This document shows, in pieces, positions 25,192 through 37,290 of a stretch of 64,000 nucleotides of DNA. Source of the stretch: Squalus acanthias (taxonomy: Eukaryota); assembly GCA_030390025.1 (NCBI GenBank), contig CM059446.1:43276001-43340000 (forward strand), in the 5' to 3' direction. Both the position numbers and the translations under genes were made by a program. The notes beneath the pieces were generated by a model that saw only the letters and a list, made by a program, of their open reading frames with translations, made no database searches and was not told the origin of the DNA. How positions within the stretch are numbered: the stretch's first letter is position 1; each line of letters opens with the position of its first letter.

Positions 25192-26135
25192 ACAACAACA
25201 ACTTGTATTTATATAGCGCCTAGTAAAACATCCCAAGGCGCTTCACGGGTGTTATAAGACGAAAATTTGACACCAAGCCACATAAGAAGAAATGAGGGCA
25301 GATAACCAAAAGCTTGGTCAAAGAGGTAGGTTTTAAGGAGCGTCTTAAAGGAGGAAAGAGAGGTTTAGGGAGGGAGTTACAGAGCTTAGGGCCTCGGCAA
25401 CTGAAGGCATGGCCACCGATGGTTGAGCGATTATATGGTGGTGAGGTAGAGCTGGGTGTCGTCAGCGTACATGTGGAAACTGATGCTGTGTTTTTGGATG
25501 ATGTCACCAAGGGGCAGCATGTAGATGAGAATTAGGAGGGGGCCAAGGATAGATCCTTTGGGGACCCCAGAGGTAACGATGCAGGAGCGGGAAGAGAAGT
25601 CATTGCAGGTGATTCTCTGGCTATGATTAGATAGATAAGAATGGAAACAACAACAGAAAACGCTGGAAAAACTCAGCAGGCCAGGCAACATCCGTGGAGA
25701 GAGAAACCGAGTTAAGAATGGAACCAGGCGAGTGCAGTCCCACCCAGCTGGATGATGGTGGAGAGGCGTTGGAGAAGGATGGAGTGGTCAACCTGTGTCA
25801 AAGGCTGCAGACAAGTCAAGAAGGACGAGGAGGGATAGGTTTACCTTTGTCACAGTCACAAAGGATGTCATTTGTGACTTTGATGAGAGCTGTTTCGGTA
25901 CTGTGGCAGGGGCAGAAACCGGATTGGAGGGATTCAAACATGGAGTTCCGGGAAAGATGGGCACGGATTTGGGAGGCGACAACACGCTCAAGGACTTTGG
26001 AGAGGAAAGGGAGGTTGGAGATGGGGCAGTAGTTTGCAAGGACAGAGGGGTCAAGGGTTGTTTTTTTGAGAAGAGGGGTGATGATGGCAGATTTGAAGGA
26101 GAGGGGGACAGTACCTGAGGAGAACGAACTGTCCA
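25192..26135 (-). mobile_element. L2-clade LINE fragment with internal deletion and a 66-bp insertion
   Basis: GVPKGSILGP...HMYADDTQLY, LLDLSAAFDT and PISNLPFLSKVLE on the minus strand. The RT region is joined directly to the 3' tail near 25432. Confidence 0.88.
25647..25712 (-). mobile_element. Short PLE-derived module (sequence downstream of the hammerhead), inserted with a TSD
   Basis: TSD taagaatggaa at 25636-25646 and 25713-25723. The insert is homologous to 58281-58346 and 45792-45855. Confidence 0.8.
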
Positions 26136-27044
26136 ATAGTTTAAAATTTACTCTCGAGTTTCTGGATCATAGAGAACAGCGTCCACTTTCAGGAAGTGCT
26201 GGGAAAAGATTGAGAGAAACTGGTCAATAAAATGCCTCAAATTGGAACGACTTTCATACACTACTATTGGTACATCTTCCATATGGGCACATGCAACTCA
26301 GCTAGTTTAGGAAGGCTTCACACAAGGCTGTGTAAACTTTTTTATGTTTAATAAGATAAAATAATAATAAATGAGAATGTAATGCAATAGCTTTTCCTAA
26401 ACAAAATGAACTGGTTAAGAAGATAACAGTTGGCATTACCTCTAGAATGGATAACAGATGACAGACTGATGCAATTGTTTTCATGCTTAGAACAGGGTTA
26501 CATGAAACTCACAAAAAACTTTATTTGCTACTGTTGTATTCAATTGTTAATGTTCCTGTTTCACACCCACCCCGCCACTCCTTCTATTAGGATAATGGTT
26601 AATAACAAGAATTATAGTAGTGAATGTAAGTAAGTTGAACAAAAGAAATGGTAACAAGAAAGCAGAGAATTTACAATGCCGTTATCAGATGCATCTTTGT
26701 AAACTGAGAAAAGTCTGAGTTGGACAACATAGTATCGGTGAGCATACCAGTGATTTCAGAATAGTTTAATGTGAATTTATTGTTTTAATTTTGTATTTAC
26801 GTCAACGCTTGCGCCTTTCCCATGGTAGATTTTTTCTCACTGAATTTATGTCATATTTGTAAATTTTAACTCAAAAATATATTGTTATTGAATCGTGTGC
26901 TACTTTGGTTACACTGCATTTTCTGAGACACGGCCAAGGAGCTGGTTGGCAGCGCTGTAACACTGTAGGCCCTTTTATATTAGATTGCAGCTGAGTGCAA
27001 GTGTGTGATTGTCCCACTGTTGGTTGCACTTGTAAATGTAAACA

Positions 27045-27735
27045 ACCTAAACAACAACTTGCATTTATATAGTGTCTTTAACTCAGTAAAACGTCCCAAG
27101 GCGCGTCACAGGAGAATTGCCAAACAACATTTGACACCGAGCCACATAAGGAGATATTAGGACAGGTGACCAAAAACTTGGTCAAAGAGGTAGGTTTTAA
27201 GGAGCGTCTTGAAGGAGGCGAGAGAGAGGCGGAGAGGTTTAGGGAGGGAATTACAGAGCTTAAGGCCTAGCCAGCTGAAGGCACGGCCACCAATGGTGGA
27301 GCAATGAAAATCAGGGAGGCACAAAAGGCCAGAATTGTAGAAGCGCAGAGATATCAGAGAGTTGTAGGGCTGGAGGAGGTTACAGAGATAGGGAGGGGTG
27401 AGGCCATGGAGGGATTTGAAAACAAGGATGAGAATTTTAAAGTGGAGGCGTTGCTGGACTGGGAGCCAACGTAGGTCAGCGAGCACAGAGGTGATGGGTG
27501 AACAGGACTTGGTGCGAGTTAGGACACGGGCAGCTGAGTTTTCGATGAGCTCAAGTATACAATGATGCAAGGTGGGAGGCTGGTCAGGAGAGCATTGGAC
27601 TAATCGAGTCTAGAGGTAACCAAGGCATGGATGAGGGTTTCAGCAGCAGATGAGAGCGGAGACAGGGGCGGCGACATGCGGTGTTACGGAAGTGGAAGTA
27701 GGCGGTCTTGGTGATGGAGAGGACATGAGGTCAGA
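27045..27735 (-). mobile_element. L2-clade LINE 3' fragment
   Basis: ORF 27157-27570 LELIENSAARVLTRTK...WLPVQQRLHFKIL...FKTLLKTYLF; (caa)n tail. Confidence 0.88.
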
Positions 27736-27753
27736 GGTCATTGTTCTGATAGC

Positions 27754-28226
27754 CATGATGTGGAGATGCCGGTGTTGGACTGGGGTGGACAAATGTGAGA
27801 AGTCGCACAACACCAGGTTATAGTCCAACAGCTTTATTTGAAATCACAAGCTTTCGGAGCGCTGCTCCTTCGTCAGGTGAAGTGAAGAGATGCATATAGG
27901 CACAGCATATATAGTCAGAGAACACAGCCAGATGATTACAGTTAATCTTTCCAACTGCCCTTTATCACACCTCGGCAGAGAGATAATCACGGCAATCAAA
28001 GGTGTGGATGGTGTCCAAACCGGTCAGTCAGGAAAACATTACATCAAAGACAATGTGGCAGATGCTGGAGTCTGTATGGAAAACAAAAAACTTTTTTTGC
28101 TGGAAATCACAGCAGGTCCGGCCACATCTGTGTAGAGAGAACAAGCCAACGACGACTCGAGTCTGGATGACTCTACGTCAGGTGGGGTTACATGTAGCGT
28201 GACATGAACCCAAGATCCTGGGTAGC
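27754..28226 (-). mobile_element. Penelope-like retroelement 3' end
   Basis: Homologous to 4254-4691 and 10304-10354. 8-bp TSD ctgatagc at 27746-27753 and 28227-28234. Begins in the last codons of the PLE ORF (DLGFMSRY). Confidence 0.8.
27844..27880 (-). ncRNA. Minimal type I hammerhead ribozyme motif (PLE-associated)
   Basis: Minus strand: UCAC CUGACGA a GGAGC agc GCUCC GAAA gc UU GUGA. 4-bp stem I, intact core, palindromic AGCU stem III. Confidence 0.75.
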
Positions 28227-31200
28227 CTGATAGCAGCAGAGACCCACTCTTTTTTCAGGTCTTGCAAACTGCTGCCACATTTGCTGAGTCCACTTCTGGT
28301 CACTAAATGCTTGGAACCTGTTTAATGGGTCAGACTTTTATTCCTCAGTCTGCTTATTTGTACTTGGACACAGTGGTCGGTATAGCGTTGCATTAAGATA
28401 AAAGCACCTTGTCTTAGCTCTGCTCTAACAGCTAGAGGCAATACAGGGCCCTAGAATCCAACATGCACCATACTGTCATGACACACATTGAACCTACTGT
28501 GTATCTACCTACTGGCATGGGTGTGACTTGCAGCAGTAAGTAGATATAATGTATACACAGGCAGGTTATATGGGCCATTATACAGGGACCTTTATATTGG
28601 CGCTCATTGAGTTATGGGAGACCTACGACAGCTGGCCAGCTGCCTTCATTTACGCTACTTAGTTCACTCGCACACTGGAAGCAGAATTGTCTACACTTCT
28701 ATCACTGGTATAAAGTAGCTGGAATCACCATTATAAACACAGGGATCCAACTCCCAGGTACTGGTCTCGAATCCAAATTAAATGAGCTCCAGTATAAAGG
28801 GGCTTTAGCTTGATAATGGGTGCTGGACAACTAGGACGTGGGAAAAGTAACATGTAGTTATCAAGCTATGGGCGTTGTTTGTTGTCTGGAAAAACAATGG
28901 GAGATCGATCAGTGGGTTTATCCTAAAGGTCAATGTTTGTTTGTTCTGTTGAGCTCTTGCACCAATAGATATCGAGAGTAGGGAAGGGGAGAGCGAAGCC
29001 CCAATGAAGTCAATGTACACTAATAGGCAATTAAAAGGAGGTATATTGTTAAAAACCTAAAAACAGTACAAGTATCTGTATACTGCTGGCGGCCGTGATG
29101 ACTTTCAGGTGCCTCTGATGGCTTCGCAATTTTCATTGTTCTCTCGTGATTCCTTTTGCATGAGAACCGGCAGCTTTCAAGTGGGTTACACCCACGTGTT
29201 TGTGCACATTCTAGTGAATGCATAATGCCTGGATGGGGATAGCAGTGATCCCTATGGAATTTCTGCAACGCAGAAGGGGAAAGAACCTGTAAAACTGGCT
29301 GTTCAAACAAAGATTGCTTTCGTTAATGATTTACTCCGTGGCTGTTGATGATAAATAGAAGTAATGACCTTGACTGGGCAGAAGAACAAGTTTTTATAAT
29401 TAAACATTCGTGCCCTGAATTTATAATTAAGGTGACAATTTAGGAAATTTAACTGTAATAAGCGTGAAATTTAAGTGGAATTCTCAGTTTGTGTTAGATT
29501 CTCTACGTATGTATTAACTTCTAATAACTATATGGAGCACTTAGGATTTTTTAAAATAAATTTGCTTATAAACATGGAAAAATACAGCCTTACATTTGCT
29601 TTCCCAATGCCAAATTGGCTGAATTATGTTTGTTGTTAACCTGTTGGGACTTCCCCGAGAACGGTAGAGGTCATTTGGCTTTCCTCGCATTTAGTTTGAA
29701 GGCTGAGATAATTTGTACACATTTGTTTCCTTATTTAATTAAATTCACAACAAAAGTACATACACATCTATATTTGATGAAGCCATTGTACATTTAGATG
29801 TACATATGAATCTACATTTTGCGAAGCCATTGTACATCTTGATTGCACAGTGCTTGTGGGAGGGATGCATTAATATAGCCAGGTTTCTTGGCATGACTGC
29901 TTGTGCTGGGAGCAGTGTGCATCAAGGGGTTGAGGCAGCTAGTTTAGGCTTGGTCTTTCAATAGCTTGTCTTTCACCTCTTGCAAAATATATGTGAGAAA
30001 TCTATGCTGTACTCATTCTGTCCGAATACTAACTTTTCATCCCAATAAGCCTTGCAACAAAATTAATAAATTACTTTTCTCCCATCAGATACTTGGTTGC
30101 TTTGAAATTAGCCTTGTGCAAAATCGTACTGTTTCAGTCCCTGCAAATACTGGTATTACTTTACTGCTATCTCTCATCAGTCTCAGGAATCGTTCTTTAA
30201 AAAAAATGGATGTGCTGGGAATTATTCATTAAATATTTCATCAGCGCCTTTAAAATGTAATCAATTTTCACCAAAATGGAAAAACGATGACTCATCAATC
30301 CTTTCAACACCGAGGAAACTTCAAAACAGAAATTAAAATCTGAATTTTTTTTTTCCATGGCCCACGGCCAATTGTTAGTTTGCTTGGAAACGAAACTGCC
30401 AGTGATCATATCTGCCTCCCTTTAGGCCTCCATTCAGCATCCCCACCTCCACAGAACAATACAGTCGCGAATGGGAATTTGCCAGGGAAGGGGGTTTGAA
30501 CCTGTGTCTCATTACTGCTGTGTTGCAACTGTGCCATTTAGTATTTTGAGTATGGAATTATAAACATAAACATTGAATTGTTTTAGTACTATACTAGATT
30601 TCCCTATGCTTTCTATGGGCCTTCATTGTTTTTGACAAGACTTAGGTTGGTAAACGTGAGAGGCAGTAACTGCATTTGAACACTGATTAGTAAGACTGTT
30701 TCAAAGTGGAAGTACAGCTGACTCTGATTAGTCCAGATTGCAATACTTTCCTCCACAGCCTCACTCCCTTCAGCAATAGAATCCCATATTACCTTGCACC
30801 GTGCAAAGCTGAGATGTTTTTATGCTGCTCTTCAACCACTGGCACCATAGCATGGGTCTTGCGCAGGCGGCAGCAACATCCAAAATAAAGCTAGTGGATT
30901 TTTTTAAGACTGGGTGCCAGGAATACCCGCTTCTTACTGGGTCTTCCTGACCGCTGCCAGCTTTCCTGCGGCTCCTCTGGTGACAGCAATGTGCTTTGAC
31001 GGTGAAGTCCCGGCACACCATTGTTAATTCTGTCATGACGTTGTGACACAGTGTGATGCTATTACTATGCCGTACGTGCACACTCGCCAGAATATCATGG
31101 CCAAACCGTGCAGGTGTGGAATACCCCATCCCCCCCCCCCCTCCCCCCCCCGCGGCAACAGTGCACCCACTCTATTGGAAGACCAACTGCACCCTACAAA

Positions 31201-31509
31201 GGTAAATGCAGGAGAGCGATGTGATTACCTTGTGCTCCCAAGACCCAACTTGCAAAATAAAAGCAGCTTTGGGTAGGACGTAAGCTATTTTGCACACAGG
31301 TTTATTCATATCTTTATCTCCTCCCTTAAATACTTCAAATCTTGCTGCAAGTTGAGTGGTTAATTTTTTAATTCAAGTTTTCCTTACCTTTGGTCCCCTC
31401 CACCAAAAAAACCCTGATGCCCTCCAGGTTAGTGTTCCATGGGTGCTGGCCATTCACTGATACTTTGCCAAGTGGCCATTTTGCCTGTGTGAGCATAGAC
31501 TGCGAGTGG

Positions 31510-31802
31510 TAGAGAGAAAACGGGGAATTATAGACCGGTAAGCCTAACATCGGTAGTGGGGAAAATGCTAGAGTCCATTATAAAAGATATAATAGCAGAG
31601 CACTTGGAAAACAGTGACAGGATCGGACAAAGTCAACATGGATTTACAAAAGGTAAATCATGCTTGACTAATCTACTGGAATTTTTTTGAGGATGTAACT
31701 GGTAGGATAGATAAGGGAGAACCAGTGGATGTGGTGTATTTGGACTTTCAGAAGGCTTTCGATAAGGTCCCGTATAAGAGATTAGCGTGCAAAGTTAAAG
31801 CA
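31510..31802 (+). mobile_element. CR1 LINE internal fragment (N-terminal RT region)
   Basis: GNYRPVSLTSVVGKMLES, QHGFTKGKSCLTNLLEF, VDVVYLDFQKAFDKVP. Confidence 0.85.
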
Positions 31803-32692
31803 GTCAAACATCATTCTATCACTAGCCCACATCCACACATAAATATTCCAGTAACAATCGCTAGATAATGATCAGGAATAGGAAAAGACCTGTTGTGATT
31901 TATTTTCACTCTCTTTAGTCTGAGGGTATTGCAGCCATTTGTAGTGCCTGACTGCTAACTTAGTATAGACCAAAGAAGATTGAAAGGTTTCAATTTTTCA
32001 CAGTTGACTATGGATTCAAACAGAGCATTCACTGCAGAACTTTTGGAAGCTAATGGCCACTGTAGGATAATAAATAATCTTGCACTTTGCTGATACACAA
32101 AAACAATAGGGTTACATTGCTCATAAAGGAACTCTGGTTGACCTCAATGTCAGAATGTTTGGGAAGTTCACTATTTGGTTGGCAAGGCAAAAATTCCTGT
32201 CACAATCTGTTGTAAATACCTGAAGCCATTCTGAAGATGTTTTGGGCTAGTAGTTATGCAATGCATAGACCAGGCCAAGTAATATTTTTTTACAGTAGTA
32301 AATGGATCTTACATTTCAGAACTGCTTAAGTTAGAAGTGGTTCTGTATTAATCCGATGCACTTAATAATGTGGATTGGATCCCTAAACATTGAAGAAACA
32401 AATCGACAATTGTACCCGCGCAAGTTTGCAAACGTGGAGTTGTTTAAAAGTTGCAATTTGCTTCCTGCTCATTGGACCTACCCTGTCCAGCAGAGAGGGA
32501 TCATACAGGAAACTGCATCACTGGCCTATCTGGTTGAACTGAGTCTTCCGCTCAGCCACAACCATATAAAAAGCAGTGGGTGGAGCCTCTATAGGCAGTG
32601 CTTATAATTAGATTGTTTATATTTGCCTTCTGCAGCTGTCGATTTGTTCAACCATTCCCCCACCTCCACCTTTGCCCTCCATCCGCAGACAT

Positions 32693-33529
32693 GGGGCTCG
32701 ATTTTGCCAGTCCTGGGGAGGCGGGTTTAGAAGCGGGTCTGCCAGTAAAATGGCAGAATTTGGGGGCGGGTGCCCAACCCGCCTCCATGCCATCTTGCCA
32801 GGAGGCGGGTAGCCGTCCTGCGCCGGGTCCCGTCTCCTTGGAGGTGGGATGGGATTACAGCCACTTAACTGCCTGTTAACAGGTAGTTAACAGGCAGAAA
32901 ATAGGATTAACCCCTTTTTGCCCTCACAAGTGCAGGCTTCCCGAAGGCTCCAAAACCTGCCAGGGTCACCGAGGCGAGTAGTGGGTCTGCGGGGGTCGGA
33001 GGGGTCCAAAAGTGTGCTGTGGAGGTGAGTGATGGGTGCAAGTGTGGAGAGGTGAGTATCTGAGGTAAGTGCAAAGTGTTAGAAAAAGCGTACTTACCTT
33101 TGTTTCTTCCTGCAGGCTTCAAGAGTTGGGTATGTGGAGAGTCTCACACCTCCGCGGTAGAGATGACAGATGGCTGTTGCATTCTCCAATGCAACAACCA
33201 TCTAATTTCTACAAAAGAAAGAGGTTTGATGAGGTCTTGAATTCAAGAACTCATCAAACTACAGAGAATGTCAGTGTTTGACAGCTTCACAGAGCTGTCA
33301 AATGATGACAATTCATCTGTCAAAAATCTTTGACAGATGAAACGTCATACGTTGACGTTCTCTGTAACCGGCTTTCCCTTAATTGGCCTGCTAAGCCCGC
33401 TGGGCAGGCTCAACAAGGTCAATCAAGGGAAAATAGCGTGGGTTGGCCAGAAGTTGATGGAGGCGGGACTGAAACCTGACAAGTGGGAATCCCACCTCCA
33501 AAAGCTCCCCATTGGCAAAATCCAGCCCC
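32693..33529. mobile_element. Harbinger-type MITE
   Basis: TIR ggggctcgattttgcca / tggcaaaatccagcccc. The 5' part resembles 818-1000. Confidence 0.7.
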
Positions 33530-33559
33530 TAGAGTTAGCTTCTGCAGCTCTAACGCTCC

Positions 33560-34425
33560 ATCTCCTCTCTTGACTCCTTCCCTGCCTTAGTGTTATCAAA
33601 CTGTTTGTCCAACATCCAGTCTTCGATGAGCCGCAATTTCCTCCAGTTAAACATTGGGAAGACTGAAGCCATTGTCTACAGTCCCCACCACAACTCCATA
33701 CTCGTGCCAGTAATACCCCCACCCCACCCAGGATGAGCCAGACTGTTTGCAACCTCGTTCATCGTATTTGACCCTGAAGAGCTTCCAACTCCATATCCTC
33801 TCCATCACAAAGTCTGCCTACTTCTACCTTCGTAACCAACCTGAGCCCATCTGATGCAGAAACCCTCATCCATACCTTTGTCACCTCTAGACGTCACTAT
33901 TCTAATGCTCTCCTGGTTGGCCTTCCATTATCCGCCTTCCATTATCCACCCTCCATAAACCTCAGTTCACCCGAAACTCTGCTGCCCATATCCTGTCCTG
34001 CACCATTTGTCCATCATTTTCGTCCTTCCTGACCTACGTTAGCGCCTGATCCCCCAACACCTCATTTAAAACCCTCACCCTCATGTTTCAACCTCTTCAT
34101 GACCTTGCACTATCTCTGTAACCTCCTCAAGCCCACCCCCCCCCCAACCCCGAATTCTCCGTTCCACTGACACTGTCCTCTCATGCATCTCTACTTCTTT
34201 AACCCCGCTATTGGCAGCCATGCATTCGGCCATCTAGACCCCATGCTCTGGAATTCCCTACATAAACCCCTCCATCTCTTCACCTCCCTTTCATCCTGCA
34301 AAATCCTGCTTAAAACCCACCTCTTTGAGCTCTAGTGTCTCCTGCTTTGGCTTGATGTCCATTTTTTTGATTATAACTCTGTGAAGAACCTTGGGAGGTT
34401 TTTGTAAAGGCACGATATAAATGCA
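33560..34425 (+). mobile_element. Older L2-clade LINE 3' fragment
   Basis: Degenerate ETLIHTFVTSR and LWNSL motifs; tail ...atataaatgca. Confidence 0.7.
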
Positions 34426-34477
34426 TGAGATCTTTTACGTCCACGTACAAGAGCAGACAGGGTCTCGGGTTTAACAT

Positions 34478-35090
34478 CATCCATGCCTTTGTTACCTCTA
34501 GACTTGACTATTCCAACGCACTCCTGGCTGGCCTCCCACATTCCACCCTTCGTAAACTTGAGGTCATCCAAAACTCGGCTGCCCATGTCCTAACTCGCAC
34601 CAAGTCCCGTTCGCCCATCACCCCTGTGCTCACTGGCCTACATTGGCTCCCGGTTAAGCAACGCCTCGATTTCAAAATTCTCATCCTTGTTTTCAAATCC
34701 CTCCATGGCCTCGTCCCCTCCCTATCTCTGTAATCTCCTTCAGCCCCACAACCCCCCACCCCCCCCCCCGAGATATCTGCGCTCCTCTAATTCTGCCCTC
34801 TTCAGCATCCCTGATTATAATTGCTCAACCATTGGTGGCCGTGCCTTCTGTTGCCTAGGCTCTAAGCTCTGGAATTCCCTGCCTAAACCTCTCCGCCTCG
34901 CTATCTCTCTTTCCTCCTTGAAGACGCTCCTTAAAATCTACCTCTTTGACCAAGCTTTTGGTCACCTGACTTAATTTCTCCTTATGTGGCTCAGTGTCAA
35001 ATTTTTTGTCTTAAAATACTCTTGTGAAGCGCCTTGGGACGTTTTACTACATTAAAGGCGCTCTATAAATACAAGTTGTTCTTGTTGTTG
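34478..35090 (+). mobile_element. L2-clade LINE 3' fragment
   Basis: IHAFVTSRLDYSNALLAGLP...LHWLPVKQRLDFKIL; tail tataaatacaagttgttcttgttgttg. Confidence 0.9.
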
Positions 35091-35230
35091 AGAGGCCAAA
35101 GGCAGGGGTTGGTGTTCATACATTATTCCACATTCTTTCTTGTTCCTAATTGGTAGCCTGGGTTCGCAACATTAATAAATATATAAAACGTAGTAATGGC
35201 CTTTGCTGCCTTGCAAGAATATAGCACTAA

Positions 35231-35992
35231 GGGGGAAAAATTCGGTTGCTTTGCGCCTCCCGTTAACGGTGCTAAACACTACCGCCATGATCTCCTGCGC
35301 CCGTAGATCATGACGTCAGTCGAGCGTGCAATGCCCCGGTAGCGCCCCGGACTGGATATTGAGTGGCGCCCCCTGCCTTTCCGCCTGCCGCTAGCAACGA
35401 CAAGTTGAGGGAAGGGACTGGGGGAGCGCTATTTAAAGGCAACCGCTTCTTGCCTTTTTTTGTCGGTGACATTTTTGCACCATGCATTCTGAGAGAGGGA
35501 GAGAGACTTCTGGAGAGATTCAACGCTGTGTGAAGGAGTTTTGGGTACTGAGCAGCACTTTGCAGGTTCATTTTGATTTGACCTTCCTTGCATCGATTTA
35601 GAAGAGACTATGGGGGCTGTACTTTGAGCTCTTACCCTGGGCCTCTCCATTGTTCTTTCCAGCAGATTTGATGTACAGGTCTTTCCAGGCCAAGATTCAA
35701 GGCTGCAATGAGCAGAGTGTGGATGGAGAGCAAGATCGACCCTCTCCTTTAAGAACTGGCCGGCGCCAGTGTGTCTGTGTTCCATTGTTGACAGACATCA
35801 CATGAGCTTCGCCAGCGCTCTGAGTTAGCGCCTTGCTCCTCGGCGTTAGTGCCTTAAGAGAGGTGTGTAGCGCCTGATTTAGCGCTCCAATCACCTCCAG
35901 GGGCGATAAAAGTCAAGTTTGCAGTCGGAGGCGATAATTAGCGCCAGGCGCTAAACTTTGCCCCAAACGGGGCGATACCGAATTTCTCCCCC
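35231..35992 (+). mobile_element. GC-rich MITE, family X (PIF/Harbinger-type)
   Basis: TIR gggggaaaaattcggt / accgaatttctccccc. Flanks taa / aaa. Comparison with the empty paralogous site near 37190 implies a 3-bp TSD. Confidence 0.88.
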
Positions 35993-36751
35993 AAAATGTA
36001 TTAAACTAACACTGGGAAACTGCATGGAAGAGATTTGGTGCCTGGCAAAGAGTCTGACGGGGAAGTTGAGGGAACAAAACTGCGCTTTCTTCTCTTTTCG
36101 GCTCTGGAGCTGCTGCCTCTGAATGTGCTGAGAAGGAATATACCCTTTATGTAGGCGTCAGAGGCAAGTGGCGCTACCTTTACAGTAGGTTTGTCAAAAT
36201 CTCAGGTGGTAGTCCTATAAAGTTAAGTGCATCATAAATTGCATGACTTCTACCACCCAAACTGCATTGAAATCAAGTTGTGGAGGACATGGCTACTGTC
36301 AGCAATTACCATATTGAAAAAGGATTATTCACTGTTTTCTTTGCTTTGAAGTATTATATTCCTCACTTGTGCGAATTATACAAAATTTGAATAGTCCAAA
36401 GGATAAAGAAACTTTATTATATACATAATTTATAAATTTCACTGGAGAAGTTGAGGCACCACCAGAATTGCCCACTTGTAAGGTGCGGCATCTTCTTAAG
36501 AGAAACTGCACTCTGTAAAGCCTGCTCAACCAGTCTCTCATGCATTCCTAGAGTGCCAGTTTGATTTCATTCTAGTAATGTCATCACTGTGTACTTGTTT
36601 TTTCAAAACTGGAATTACTACTATTAATGTTTGTGAGATAAAGACACAGGGGTGGAACTTTGCTTGTAAAAATATGTAGGACATTTGTAAACACAAGCAT
36701 AGCCACCTTGCATTAATTATAGTCCCCGGTGAAGCAGAGATCCTTTTAGGA

Positions 36752-37042
36752 AGAAGAAAGAACTTGCATTTATATAGCGCCTTTCACATCTTCCAGACAT
36801 GCTAAAGCACTTTATAGCCAATTCAGTACTTTTGACGTTTATACACTGTTAGATAAATGTGGCAGCCAGTTTGTGCACAGCAAGATCCTACAAACAGCAG
36901 TGAGCTAAATGAAAGATAATTTGTTTTAATGGTATTGGTTGAAGGATAAATGTTAGCCAGGTCACCACGAGAACGCCCCTACTCTTCAAATAGCGGCGTG
37001 GGATCTTTTACATCCACGTACGAGGGCCTCGGTTTAACATCT
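36752..37042 (-). mobile_element. DeuSINE (SacSINE1-like) 3' part
   Basis: Reverse complement of the 3' part of the SINE at 54320-54695; L2-type tail. Confidence 0.65.
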
Positions 37043-37290
37043 CGAGAGAGAGAGGCCAAAGGCAGGGGATTGGTTATCGTGCATTATTCCACATTCTTTT
37101 TTGTTCCTAATTGGTAGCCTGGGTTTGCAACATTAATAAATATGCAAAACGTAATAATGGCCTATGCTGCCTTGTAAGAATACAGCACCAAATGTATTAA
37201 ACTAACACTGGGAAACTGCATGAAAGAGATTTGGTGCCTTGCCCAGAGTCTGACAGGGAAGTTGAGGGAACAAAACTGTGCTTTCTCCTC
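37001..37290 (+). repeat. Local duplication, copy 2 (uninterrupted) of 34427-34478 + 35090-35230 + 35993-36094
   Basis: Direct alignment by eye: agaggccaaaggcagggg...tgttcctaattggtagcctggg...atgtattaaactaacactgggaaactgcatg...gaagttgagggaacaaaactg is present in both copies. Confidence 0.9.

Noticed and set aside
29020-29310. Possible antisense exon (acceptor-like ttttacag followed by an open frame on the minus strand)
   Set aside because: No convincing donor, partner exons or recognisable protein similarity.
29765-29850. gaagccattgtacat repeated at a 44-bp spacing
   Set aside because: Simple two-unit tandem duplication with no further structure.
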